A stretch of 63,408 bases of DNA, counting the filler, from Octopus bimaculoides (taxonomy: Eukaryota), in assembly GCF_001194135.2 (NCBI RefSeq). It is 6 parts of 5 records of this genome, joined end to end, with 100 filler letters (N's around TTAATTAATTAA, not from the genome) between each part and the next. Parts side by side here need not be neighbours in the genome. Positions count along the whole stretch, not along the records: positions 17,869 to 33,474 come from NC_068988.1; positions 33,575 to 54,443 come from NC_069006.1; 4 more parts are not named here. One strand, given 5' to 3'. Shown here one piece after another: positions 27,640 through 39,072 of the stretch (its first letter is position 1; each line of letters opens with the position of its first letter). Below the pieces are notes generated by a model, which was not told where the DNA came from, ran no database searches, and saw only the letters and a list, made by a program, of their open reading frames with translations. The translations under genes were made by a program, and so were the position numbers.

Positions 27640-28560
27640 CGATTTATTTAAACGAACTCCAATCCCCACCATTGTAATCAAAGCCGCCATGATGCTAGAA
27701 GCTGCAAACATAACGGGAATGTATATAGAGGATATATTCTTAGATGAAACATTTATAATTCCGTAAGTTGCAGTACAACATATAGGAATACTACTGAGTA
27801 CGAAATATCCCGAAGTCAACTGAAATGATTCATTTACTAAATTCAGTATTCTACTCAGGGTATCGTGTAAGTTACATATTTCTGTGATCTCTTTATATTT
27901 CTTAAAGAAATACGAAGTATTAGATTGCTTTTCTTTTACGTACTTCTCAGCCTCGCTCGCTACTTTATTAAACTCATGCTGCAGTGCAATCCCAATTGCT
28001 ATATTGATATACCAATCAAATAGCGCGGATATTATTGATATGCTATTGAATAAATTGTCTATCATTAAAATTGGTAAAAAATTTGTTGAGAAAATGCCAA
28101 TATCGTTCATGCAAAACGGCAATACATTCATAGTAAGTTGAATAATTACAGGTAGCAATACAACTAGAAAAAGTGTCAGAAAAGAAAACGTGTTGTTGTT
28201 ATAGAATACTTGATCGTCTTCTTTAATTGTAAGTTTGGTGAAAGCTTGGACAATTTCTTTGACTTTAGATTTTTTGAAGGTTTTCATTAGAAAAAGCAGC
28301 GAAAGTAAAATATGGAGAAATATCCCGAGAATAAATGCAAACTTCATTTTATTTCCGTGAGGAAGCATTTGTTCAGTAGCATCAGCATATTTAATGAGGT
28401 CTGCAAACAGATATACAGAATACAAGATATAAACCGCATAGAAACACATAGTGTTACATTTGACAGACTTCAGGGATATGTCAGTAAATAACATCCTAAA
28501 AATGTTATTTTTCTCATAGAATTGCAGTATTCTATAGAATCGTGTATCTTTTAGTTCCAT
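27640..28560 (-). CDS. Gustatory-receptor-like exon GRL-2 (TM1-TM6, 307 codons, open)
   Basis: ATG at 28560 (MELKDTRF) matches the paralogs; the track's start at 28629 is a GTG. Six hydrophobic segments; ALQHEFNKV and HDTLSRILNLVNESF motifs; ends VGIGVRLNKS|GTAAGT, phase 0. Confidence 0.85.
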
Positions 28561-28940
28561 AATTTTAGTAAGTAAATATTCGTCAAAGGTTACTGCTATA
28601 TAAAGAGCTAACCCGTTGACATAAGACACACGAGATCTATTTGTATCTACGATGGTTACTTCTTCAATTTTCCCTCTACAATGTCTTGAGAGCGTCGCAC
28701 TCCTTCGTTAGTCACGAAAGAACTGGAAATAAAGAGAAGACGCGATAAAGCTGTTATATAATGTCTTCTACTGTGTTTATATGTAGGGATTATTTCAAAT
28801 CTGTTGCTACGGATTTAAAATATATATCAAATTGAATGCTGCTCTCTAATCCGCTTAAAGCCTATGAATCTTAGATGATTTATATTAAACCATCACTTTA
28901 TAAAAAGTAGAAGAGAATGGATATCAACATCAATATATAT
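28561..28940 (-). promoter_or_regulatory. Conserved 5' region of GRL-2 with acceptor-like site (CAG|28722)
   Basis: CTTTATCGCGTCTTCTCTTTATTTCCAG, 162 nt upstream of the ATG. Confidence 0.55.
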
Positions 28941-29242
28941 AAATAAAATAAAGAGGGTAGAAATTGATATTAATCGATTCACATCAATTTAAACCAGTGC
29001 CTTGGTATATTTAAAGCGACAGACTACGCTGTGAGTTGCAGATATTTACATTCGTAAATATTAACAATGAAACCATGGTTCGTAGGTAACCGTTTTATTT
29101 TGTATATTTTCATTTGTCTTGCTCATTTTTACATTCTGGCATTTTGCTGAAATTTTCTTGAGAACACACTCTTTGCGGTAAGGCGATTTGACGTCTATTC
29201 TTAGCATATTAAGAATCCACTTCGGTGGTTATTCATCTTGTA

Positions 29243-29292
<50 letters not shown>

Positions 29293-29401
29293 ATTAAAAC
29301 AGTAGGGTAAAAAATTGGATATTAATTAATATCAATTTAATACCAGGGAACAAGCAGATTGAAAGAATCAAGGAGATTCAGAAAAATATCTGAGATCTCA
29401 A

Positions 29402-29581
29402 AGGATCATTGTATATGTATATATAAAGGAGACCACTAGGTGGACTGTTAATGTGCTAGAAGAAGCTCACATGTAATGTGTCTACTAATGTGTCTTAGTA
29501 GACACATTACATGTGATCTTCTTCTAGCACATTAACAGTCCACCTAGTGGTCTCCTTTATATATACATATACAATGATCCT
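29402..29581. repeat. Near-perfect ~180-bp palindrome abutting a gap
   Basis: ~87-bp arms with one mismatch around a TGTGTC loop. Confidence 0.9.
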
Positions 29582-29761
29582 NNNNNNNNNNNNNNNNNNN
29601 NNNNNNNNNNNNNNNNNNNNNNNNNNNNNNNNNNNNNNNNNNNNNNNNNNNNNNNNNNNNNNNNNNNNNNNNNNNNNNNNNNNNNNNNNNNNNNNNNNNN
29701 NNNNNNNNNNNNNNNNNNNNNNNNNNNNNNNNNNNNTATATATATATATATATATATATAT

Positions 29762-31408
29762 CAGTGGTACCTTGACTTACGAATGTCCCAACTAACGAGT
29801 TTTTCGAGATACGAGCCTTCTCTTGGCCGAGTTTTTTTTTGCTTTGAGCTGCGAGCTAAAATTCGAGTTAGGAGCTAGCTTCAGACCCCTCACTGCTAGT
29901 CAGCGTAGCGTACGTCACAAAGAACGCCGTAATATCCGCCCACCATTCCGTGCCTCAGTCGACAGCTAGACATATATGCAGGCTAGCAAGTGCGAAGATC
30001 ATTAGTAGATCGATAGCTAGACAGACATGCTCGTTAGTAAGTGAGATCGTTAGCTAGGCTGGTAGTAAACTGCTTACTTACTGTTTGCAGGCTACAGAAG
30101 CATCAGTGATGTGCTCGCCGTTGTGGTTGTGGTTATTTTGCAGAACTTCGTTTTTCCATCATGGGTTCGAAGAAAATGAGTGTGAAGGACAGTGGGGAGA
30201 AGTAGAAAAACGTGACTAAGTATGCATATAGTTGCCATGGCAAAGCATTACGAGTATATTAGTTCAAAGATCTGCACCATACTGAAGCAGAAGGAATCGA
30301 TAAAGGATATAACGCCAGCCAAGGGCATGAAAATAATATCTAAACAGTGGATATCTATCCGTGAAAATATGGTGAACCTGCTGATAGTGTTGTTAGCCGA
30401 GGAGAAGCTCGCAGGAGATAGAGTGACGGAGGCTATAATCTGCTGGAAGGCAAGAGCTATTTATGCTGACTTGTTGCAGCAGACCCCTGGCACTTCTACA
30501 TACAAGGCACCAGGCGAGCCGTTTAAAGCGAGTCGGAGCTAGTTCGAGAATTCACCTCCTTGTCAGGCATGGTGAGGCAGCAAGAACGAATATGAAATGG
30601 ATTTTGAAACACTCGAACCCGAAGCAGCAGTGGTGGAGGAGATTGCATCCTTCGGCAAGTCCATGGCCCTGGGCGAGTATGAAGATGATATCAATGATCT
30701 CATCGAGGATTACACCGAGACACTAACAACAGAGGAGCTAAAGGAGCGATAGACGCAGCAGCACACGGAGGTTTTGCAGGAAATAGGTGACTCAGAGGAG
30801 ATGGAGGCGGTTATCTCTACAAGTGAAGTAAAGGAAATGTCGAGGGATGTGGGAGAAACTTTCAGACTTTATTCAAAAGAGACACTCATGAAAATTGCAA
30901 CCGGGCGTGCGACGGCGCTATTTAATGACACTTGCCAAACGCATTTCGGAAACATTCTGAAAGGAAGGATGAAGCAGACCTTATTGGACAAGTACTTTAT
31001 CTAAAATTCCTGCAGATGAAAGTGAATAAAGCGTGGTGAGAAGGGCAAAAATCAGATAATAAAATTCAGTAACTCAATTCAGCATTTCTCCTCCACCTCC
31101 GTCAGTATCCTCAAGTCGTCTGATCTCCAAGGTAAATGCTGTACATCATACTTAATAAAACCAGTTTATTACAGTACATTCTGTTCCATTGTTTTTTTAA
31201 AATACAATATTCGTTATTTAGTACATTTTTCTTATTTAAAAACACGCAACAACAAAGAAATGGTATGTTTTTTTTTTGTGTCGGGCGAGCGGAACGGATT
31301 AATGGTATTTAGATTCATTTCAATGAGGAAATTTGATTTGACATACGAATAATTTGAGTTACGAGCTAGTTACGGAACGAATTAAACTCGTAAGTCAAAG
31401 TACCACTG
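29762..31408 (+). mobile_element. Tigger/pogo DNA transposon, internally deleted
   Basis: TIRs CAGTGGTACCTTGACTTACGA / TCGTAAGTCAAAGTACCACTG followed by TA; CENP-B HTH-like SKICTILKQKE...ICWKARAIYADL...FKASRS and C-terminal ATALFND..HF. Confidence 0.9.
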
Positions 31409-31444
<36 letters not shown>

Positions 31445-31448
<4 letters not shown>

Positions 31449-31730
31449 TTATTACTTGTTTGACTGCGGCCATGCTGGAGCACCACCTTTAGTCGAGCAA
31501 ATCGACTCCAGGACTTATTCTTAGTAAGCCTAGTACTTATTCTATCGGTCTCTTTTGCCGAACCCCTAAGTTACGAGCACGTAAACACACCAGCATCGGT
31601 TGTCAAAGCGATGGTGGGAGGGACGAATACAGGCACACAAACGTATACATACATACATACATACATACATACACACGTGTGTGTGTGTGTGTGTGCGTGT
31701 AGATACAACGGGCTTCTTTCAGTTTCAATC
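31445..31730 (-). mobile_element. SINE family A, 5'-truncated
   Basis: Tail ggccatgctggagcacc, internal (TACA/TG)n, and part of the head. Confidence 0.85.
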
Positions 31731-32328
31731 TACATCAAAATATTTAGAAAGATGCACGAGCAAGTGCTAATAATAAAGTGAATATTGTCTCGTAGAAAAC
31801 TATTAATACATGAATAATTGTATCTCAAATTATTACCTTATATGAAGTTCATTTCCGTTTTCGTTCCGTGCTCTTCTAAATACGAAGCCATCGTTGACAC
31901 CGCCCAATAGTGTTCCCATATAAATAGTGTTGCAACCCCTCGCCTAATCCTTAAACGATATTTTCTGCGGCTTCCCAACCACACATCGTAACACGAATTG
32001 TAGCTAGGAAGGAAGAGAGTGACAGACAGATAGATAGACGGACAGAGACAGACAGAGACAGAGAGACTGAGAGACAGAGACATAGAGCAAAAGAGTGGGG
32101 TCAGAAAAACATTTTAGACCATTATTTCAGGTCTGTCTTATTTCTACAACAGGGGAAAAAATGGCCAGATAGACATCAGATAATGGAAAACAGGCGAAAA
32201 TGACGTAATGTGATCTATCTACGTATTAACGAATCTGTTAATTCCACATCTTTTAAGATGTAAGACGCATTATAAAAATACAAATAAAATCAAATAAGAG
32301 AATTTTATAAAATTATTATATAACTTAC

Positions 32329-33270
32329 CGTTTTATTTAAACGAACTCCAATCCAAACCATGGTTGTCAAATACATCAAGCAAATAGATTCCGAAGTTGT
32401 AACATAGATGTATTCATGAGATTTATTTTTCAAGGAATCATTTATGATTCTGTAAGTAGCAATACAACTTCCAGCAATACCACCGAGTACTAGAAACCCC
32501 GAAGACAACTGAAATGATTCATTTACCAATTTCAGTATTCTACTCAGAGTATCATGTGAGTTACATATTTCTGGAATTTCTTTATATTTCTTAAAGAAAC
32601 ACGAAGTGTCTGATTGCTTTTCTTTTACATATATCTGAGCTTCATTCTCTAATTTATTAAACTCATAAATCAGTGCAAACCCAAATGCAAAGTTCATATA
32701 GTAATCAAATAGAACGGAGGCAGATAATATAGAATAAAATATAACGTGTATTGTGAAAATTGGTACATGATACACATTAGTGATTTTTACAGAAATTCTC
32801 AAGGAACTCTGAGAGCTTATAATGAAAAACGAAGGAACGAAAATCATAAGATAAACAATAAGAGGCAATAACACAAATGTATAAAGTGATATACCGGAAA
32901 ATATTAAACTAGAATTATAGAATTTTCTATCATTTTCTTCAATTTTAAGTTTGGTAAATGCTTCGATTATTTCTTTGTCGTTAGATTTTCTGAAGATTTT
33001 TATCAGACAATAAATTGAAAGGAATCCCTGGAGATATATTGTGTAAATATATCTAAATATTTCACCGCTTGTGCTTTGATCCATTTGTATTATATCAATA
33101 ATAGGTCTCGCAAGCAGATATATACAATACACGATATAACAACCATAAAAGCAGATTATGCGAGGCTTCAGTGATTTCAGTGGTGATAGGTTCATAACTG
33201 ATATACCGAAAATATTAATCTTCCGATAGAATTCCAGCATTTTATAGAAGCCTGTGTCCTTCAGGTCCAT
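32329..33270 (-). CDS. Gustatory-receptor-like exon GRL-3 (TM1-TM6, 314 codons, open)
   Basis: Starts MDLKDTGFYKMLEFY; ALIYEFNKL, HDTLSRILKLVNESF and CIATYRII motifs; ends VWIGVRLNKT|GTAAGT, phase 0. Confidence 0.85.
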
Positions 33271-33460
33271 AATTTCCGTAATTCAATATCCTTCGCCGGT
33301 TACTTCTATGTGAACAGCTAAACTATTTGACATAGGCTGCGCAAGGTTAGCTCCCTTGTCAGGTTGCAAGTTCTTCAATTTAACTGTTACACAATGCTGC
33401 ACTGTTTCATGTGTCAGGAAAGAACTAACAATGAACGTGAAACGAGATAAAAGACATATA
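33271..33460 (-). promoter_or_regulatory. Conserved 5' region of GRL-3 with acceptor-like site (TAG|33424)
   Basis: TTTTATCTCGTTTCACGTTCATTGTTAG|TTCTTTCCTGAC aligns with the GRL-1 and GRL-2 acceptors. Confidence 0.5.
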
Positions 33461-33589
33461 TATATATATATATANNNNNNNNNNNNNNNNNNNNNNNNNN
33501 NNNNNNNNNNNNNNNNNNTTAATTAATTAANNNNNNNNNNNNNNNNNNNNNNNNNNNNNNNNNNNNNNNNNNNNTTCTTTTCTTTTTTT

Positions 33590-33960
33590 ATTTGTTTCAG
33601 TCATTTGACAGTGGCCATGCTGGAGCACCACCTGAAGTCAAACAAATCAACCCCAGGACATTTTTGTTAGCCTAGTACTTATTTTATTGGTCCCTTTTGC
33701 CGAACCACTAGTTACGGGGACATAAACACACCAACATCAGTTGTCAAATGATGGTGTGGAGGACAAACACAGACACACAAACATATACATAAAAATATAT
33801 ACGACAGGCTTCTTTCAATTTCTATCTACCAAATCCACTCACAAGGCTTTGGTCGGCCCGAGGCTATAGTAGAAGACACCTACCCAAGGTGCCACGCAGT
33901 AGGACGGAACCCAGAATCATGTGATTAGGAAGCAAGTTTCTTACCATGCCTACACCTGTA
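33590..33960 (-). mobile_element. SINE family A, near full length
   Basis: Head and tail both present. Confidence 0.85.
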
Positions 33961-34670
33961 TATATATTGTTGGAAAAATATATATATATATATATATATT
34001 GTTGGAAAAGCTTCTTACCACATGGCCACACCTGCACCAGTATTTTATATATTGTTGGAAAATTAAAAATTTCCAAATGCCAAAACTAACGTTTACTATT
34101 TCATGTCTGTGCTAATAAAGCTTAAACATGGGCATAGAATTACCTATTATATTCGGGGTAAAAGCAAAATTCATTTATCAGCTAAAGTGTCAGACCAGAA
34201 GCCATAGTTCCAATACCATTATTGCTGCTGCTGTAGCTGCTGCCACGGCTTCTGCTGCTTCTGTTACCACCACCACCACCACTACTGCTGCTACTACTGC
34301 CGTTGTTGCTACACATTGTAGATCTATCAATTTCTGGAGAACATATTTGTATTCGTATGCGAGTTTGTGTTCATATGTATACATGCGTACACACATACAC
34401 ACGTTATACACATACATAAATATATATATACATATATATGTGCGTGTATATATATATGTATATGTATGTATGTATGTATGTATACACATACATACAGACA
34501 CACATAATTATAAGGATACACCTAGCAATTTCAATAAAATGGTTTTAGTTGTATGGTTACTTTAGTGAGTTGCAAGAAGCCAAATTATTGTAATCACTTT
34601 GACAAACTAACCATTTATATCTGTATTTATATAAATTTGTTTGTGTGAGTGTGAGTGTGTGTGTGTGTAT

Positions 34671-34757
<87 letters not shown>

Positions 34758-35708
34758 TTTACATACACACATTGCTACTGTGGACAAGCACAAATAAAAG
34801 TACTCAATCGCAGCGCATGGTGCATATAACTAGAGAATGCAGCAGATTCACTCCATCTACACAAAACCCCAAATTTTCACATGGGGTACTTAAACCCAAG
34901 TGAATCCACTGACGGTAGAAAAGAAAGAAGTAGCGGTGTAGCAAGATATAAAGTTAACTAAAGGGCAGGGACCAATACCACAAGGTATCAAGGCCAATGC
35001 ACGAGCAAGTCCAGCAACAAGGCCAATGCACGAACAAGCTTACCAATTCACTTCTTTGGACTGATACTTCAGTTTATTGTCCTCAAAAAGATGAAAGGCT
35101 ACATGTATCTTGGTCAGACTTAGATTCAGAGTGTGAAAAGTCAGAAGACATATTACAAGGTATTTTGACCCATGGCTTAACTACTCTGCAAATTTCACAC
35201 TGAGGTGGTAAACTGTGAGAGTCATTGCAGCACAGGACAAAATGCCTTGGGACACATGAATGACCATAGGATTGCACCTACTAAGCTACCCTCTGAGGCA
35301 CAAGGCCAGGCAAGGTTGTTTAGGGAAAACCAGTAGTCATTCATGCATACCAGCCTTCCCTCTCTGTGCCACCAATATTATTCAAGGGAAAGGCAAAAAC
35401 CGATACAGTTTGGCACCAGTGACATCACAGTTCATTTCTACAGTTGAGTGAACTGGAGCAATGTGAAACAAAGTGTCTTGCTCAAGAACACAACACACAA
35501 CCCAGTCTAGGAATTGAACTCACTACCTCAAGGTTGTGAGCCTGATACTCTAATCACTGAGCCTTCACACATGTTAGGTAAAACAGGATTACCTATCCTA
35601 GCCAAAGTTTCGTTCAACAGTCAGACTGATGTGTAACAACTTACCAAAATACTGATAGAACAAAACTTTGGTTCAAATATGTAATCTTGTCCCTCTTTAC
35701 ATGTGGAT

Positions 35709-35910
35709 AATCCTTTAACATTTAGATTATTAATTCACATTGTTTTGAATTAATCATGCATTATCTCAAAGCTTCAAGATTTCAATGATGTGGTTGCATA
35801 TTTTTAGAATGACACAGTAGGGTAGTGTAAGAAGTCAGATCTAGCTTCTTTCAGCATATAACATTGAATATTTTAGCCTGGTATGGCCCGGTTTAAATGC
35901 TAAAGGGATA
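35709..35910. mobile_element. TTAA-type (piggyBac-like) MITE, degenerate
   Basis: Similar to 52414-52641; ends atgctaaaggg. Confidence 0.65.
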
Positions 35911-37011
35911 CACATAAATAAGAACAGATATCTTCTTTCAGTTTTAATAGTACATAAACTTACAGAGAAGAACCATTTCTTTCTATTTATCTCATTGATA
36001 CTACATTGGCCTCTGAACTAGTAAGTTGTATACTACATCCACCCTAAACCCACTTCAAACACATTAGTCTCATCTTTCTGCCACTCATATTGAGCCTTAT
36101 CATCACCCAAAGATTACAAATTAACCCACAGAACATCAGTCCTCTCAAATTCCTCTTCTCACTCAAGGTCCTTCGACAGACACCAGCTTACATATCAACC
36201 ACATTAATCTCACATATCTCGGAGGGTCTAGAAAAACTATAGGCCTTACCCGTTCCACCTGATAAGGTCATAAAAAGCAGTGGAAAATTACATGCTGCTA
36301 CAGTAGTGTAGCAATCTGCTAAAAATAGCAACCAAATCAGATCTTACCATCTCCAAATAAAAGGACATATTTGATAATGTAATCCTAGATACCTAATTTC
36401 TAAAAACAGCCTTTGGAATGGCTGCAGACGGAACAAACTCAACGATTAATGTAATCCAAGATACTTTATGCCTGAAAAATAGTTGGAATTTTCATAAGTA
36501 GAATGTTTCTGATCATAGATCTGCTTGAACAAGATTGACTTAGGGATCATCAAGAGGTAGACTTCCAGATATGCTAAATTCCATTCTATAACAACAAACA
36601 AACCTGAACCTTACCACTTAGCATTGTTCAACAAACAGCCACTTAGAGCATTTATTACATCAATGTTGTTGAATCAGTGAGCAAATACTTGCCATGGGTT
36701 GCTGGTGATTGAAAGTTTGTATGTCAGTGAAACTGTTTGTTTTTGTTTGTATCTGTATTAGTAAGAGACAGCGGGGAACAGGAGGGATATGAGGCTCTGT
36801 CTGTGTGTGTGTGTATGTGTGTGAGCAAGCGAACATAGGAATGGCCTTGATAGATATTATTATTAATGGTGTCAAGGAAACAACTATGTTGCAGAGAAGG
36901 GGGGTTATAACCAATGAAAAGTTGATAGACACCTTGGATGGTAAACACTCTGGGTAAACTTTTGATGAATGGTAATGGTAGGGGTGAAGTAAACCTAATC
37001 AATCACTTTCT

Positions 37012-37629
37012 TTAACCCCTTCGTTATCAAATTTTTGTTATCATATGCTACCTTTGTTTCAAGCAATTTTGAAAATAATAAGGAATTTGTCATTATCAAG
37101 CGTGGAGGCGCAATGGCCCAGTGGTTAGGGCAGCTGACTCGCTGTCATAGGATCGCAGTTTCGATTCCCAGACCAGGCGTTGTGAGTGTTTATTGAGCGA
37201 AAACACCTAAAGCTCCACGAGGCTCCAGCAGGGGATGGTGGCGAACCCTGCTGTACTCTTTCACCACAACTTTCTCTCACTCTTACTTCCTGTTTCTGTC
37301 GTGCCTGTATTTCAAAGGGTCAGCCTTGTCACACTGTGTCACGCTGAATATCCCCAAGAACTACGTCAAGGGTACATGTGTCTGTGGAGTGCTCAGCCAC
37401 TTGCACGTTAATTTCACGAGCAGGCTGTTCCGTTGATCGGATCAACTGGAACCCTCGACATCGTAAGCGATGAAGTGCCAACAACAACAATAATATAACT
37501 GGTGCTTTGGAACTTAAATTAACATTAATTGTAGATGGATAGCTTTAATTTAGATTGCTTTAAATAGGAGGTTTATATTACAGAGCCAGGGTTGGTGTCA
37601 GGCAGGTTAATAATATTAAAAGGTATTAA
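37012..37629. mobile_element. TTAA-flanked MITE with a nested SINE C (37102-37490)
   Basis: TTAACCCCTTCG...AAAAGGTATTAA ends; the SINE C copy interrupts it. Confidence 0.6.
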
Positions 37630-37904
37630 CACCACTACCTGGACCACAGGTGTTTTTAGTAGGGTCCAACCTGTATCACTTGAGTAATCAATCTAATCTG
37701 TTGCTCCAACTTAATGTCATCCCCTGGTACTAACCCATAAAAAGAATAATTTTAAATCAGTTTCGATGTTTCCGCACTCCCCTAATCCTTTCTGACATTG
37801 GGTATGGCCATAAATGAAGAGGCAAGCAAAAAATAAGATTTTTTAAGCTGGATATTAAAACAGGACATAGATTACAAAATATCCACTGCTGTAAGGAATC
37901 CAAA

Positions 37905-38060
37905 TAAGTAGTCATCTTAGCGGTTCAGCAAAAGGGACCGATAGAATAAGTACTAGGCTTACAAAGAATAAGTCCTGGGGGTCGATCTGCTCAACTATAA
38001 AGGCGGTACTCCAGCATGGCCACAGTCAAATGACTGAAACAAGTAAAAGAGTAAAAGAGT
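37905..38060 (+). mobile_element. SINE family A, tail
   Basis: cttagcggttcagcaaaag...ctccagcatggccacagtcaaatgactgaaacaagtaaaagagtaaaagag. Confidence 0.85.
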
Positions 38061-38689
38061 TAAACTATTGTTCCCTCTCAGAGAAGAAGGCAAAGAAAAC
38101 AATTGCAGCCAAATTTGAAAAAAAGATGTCGTGGACAGATAAGCAGGATCCAACAGGAATGGAAACAGGAAGTAATAAAGATTACAAAACTATAAATAAA
38201 ATTTTTAATTTATACACTTTTACCACATGATAAACATAAATAAAAGTGAGTGTTTAAAAAGATTGTCTGATTTCACTAAAATAGATAGTTAATTCTGGGA
38301 CGCCTATATATATCTAGTACAGTGGAGTGTATATTTCCTACCTAACATATAATACACAGGTNNNNNNNNNNNNNNNNNNNNNNNNNNNNNNNNNNNNNNN
38401 NNNNNNNNNNNNNNNNNNNNNNNNNNNNNNNNNNNNNNNNNNNNNNNNNNNNNNNNNNNNNNNNNNNNNNNNNNNNNNNNNNNNNNNNNNNNNNNNNNNN
38501 NNNNNNNNNNNNNNNNNNNNNNNNNNNNNNNNNNNNNNNNNNNNNNNNNNNNNNNNNNNNNNNNNNNNNNNNNNNNNNNNNNNNNNNNNNNNNNNNNNNN
38601 NNNNNNNNNNNNNNNNNNNNNNNNNNNNNNNNNNNNNNNNNNNNNNNNNNNNNNNNNNNNNNNNNNNNNNNNNNNNNNNNNNNNNNNNA

Positions 38690-38862
38690 TATACATATAC
38701 GACGGGCTTCTTTCAGTTTCTGTCTACCAAATCCACTCACAAGGCTTTGGTCGGCCCGAGGCTATAGTAGAAGACACTTGCCCAAGGTGCCACGCAGTGG
38801 GACTGAACCCGGAACCATGTGGTTCGTAAGCAAGCTACTTACCACACAGCCACTCCTGCGCC
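38690..38862 (-). mobile_element. SINE family A, head
   Basis: ggcgcaggagtggctgtgtggtaagtagc...ggttcagtccc. Confidence 0.9.
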
Positions 38863-39072
38863 TATATTTATATTTCATATATAACATATCAAATTTATTG
38901 TAGAATATATTTAGTATACAGCAGTATATATCTACACTACATGGTATATCTGGAATTTCCAAATGGGTCTGTTTTTTATAAGACAGGAAGGTGTGAGTTG
39001 AGGTGGAGTTGGTTGCTATTTCTAGCAGCTCGAATGTCCATATAAATATTACTTTCCCTTCCTTTGACTCAC

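Noticed and set aside
28561-28629. 23-aa N-terminal extension of the GRL-2 ORF in the track
   Set aside because: It starts at GTG, and the equivalent region has stops in GRL-1 and GRL-3; the homologous ATG is at 28560.
31850-32015. Strong acceptor downstream of GRL-3 giving LQFVLRCVVGKPQKISFKD*
   Set aside because: Early stop in the phase-0 frame, no TM7, and no counterpart after GRL-1 or GRL-2.
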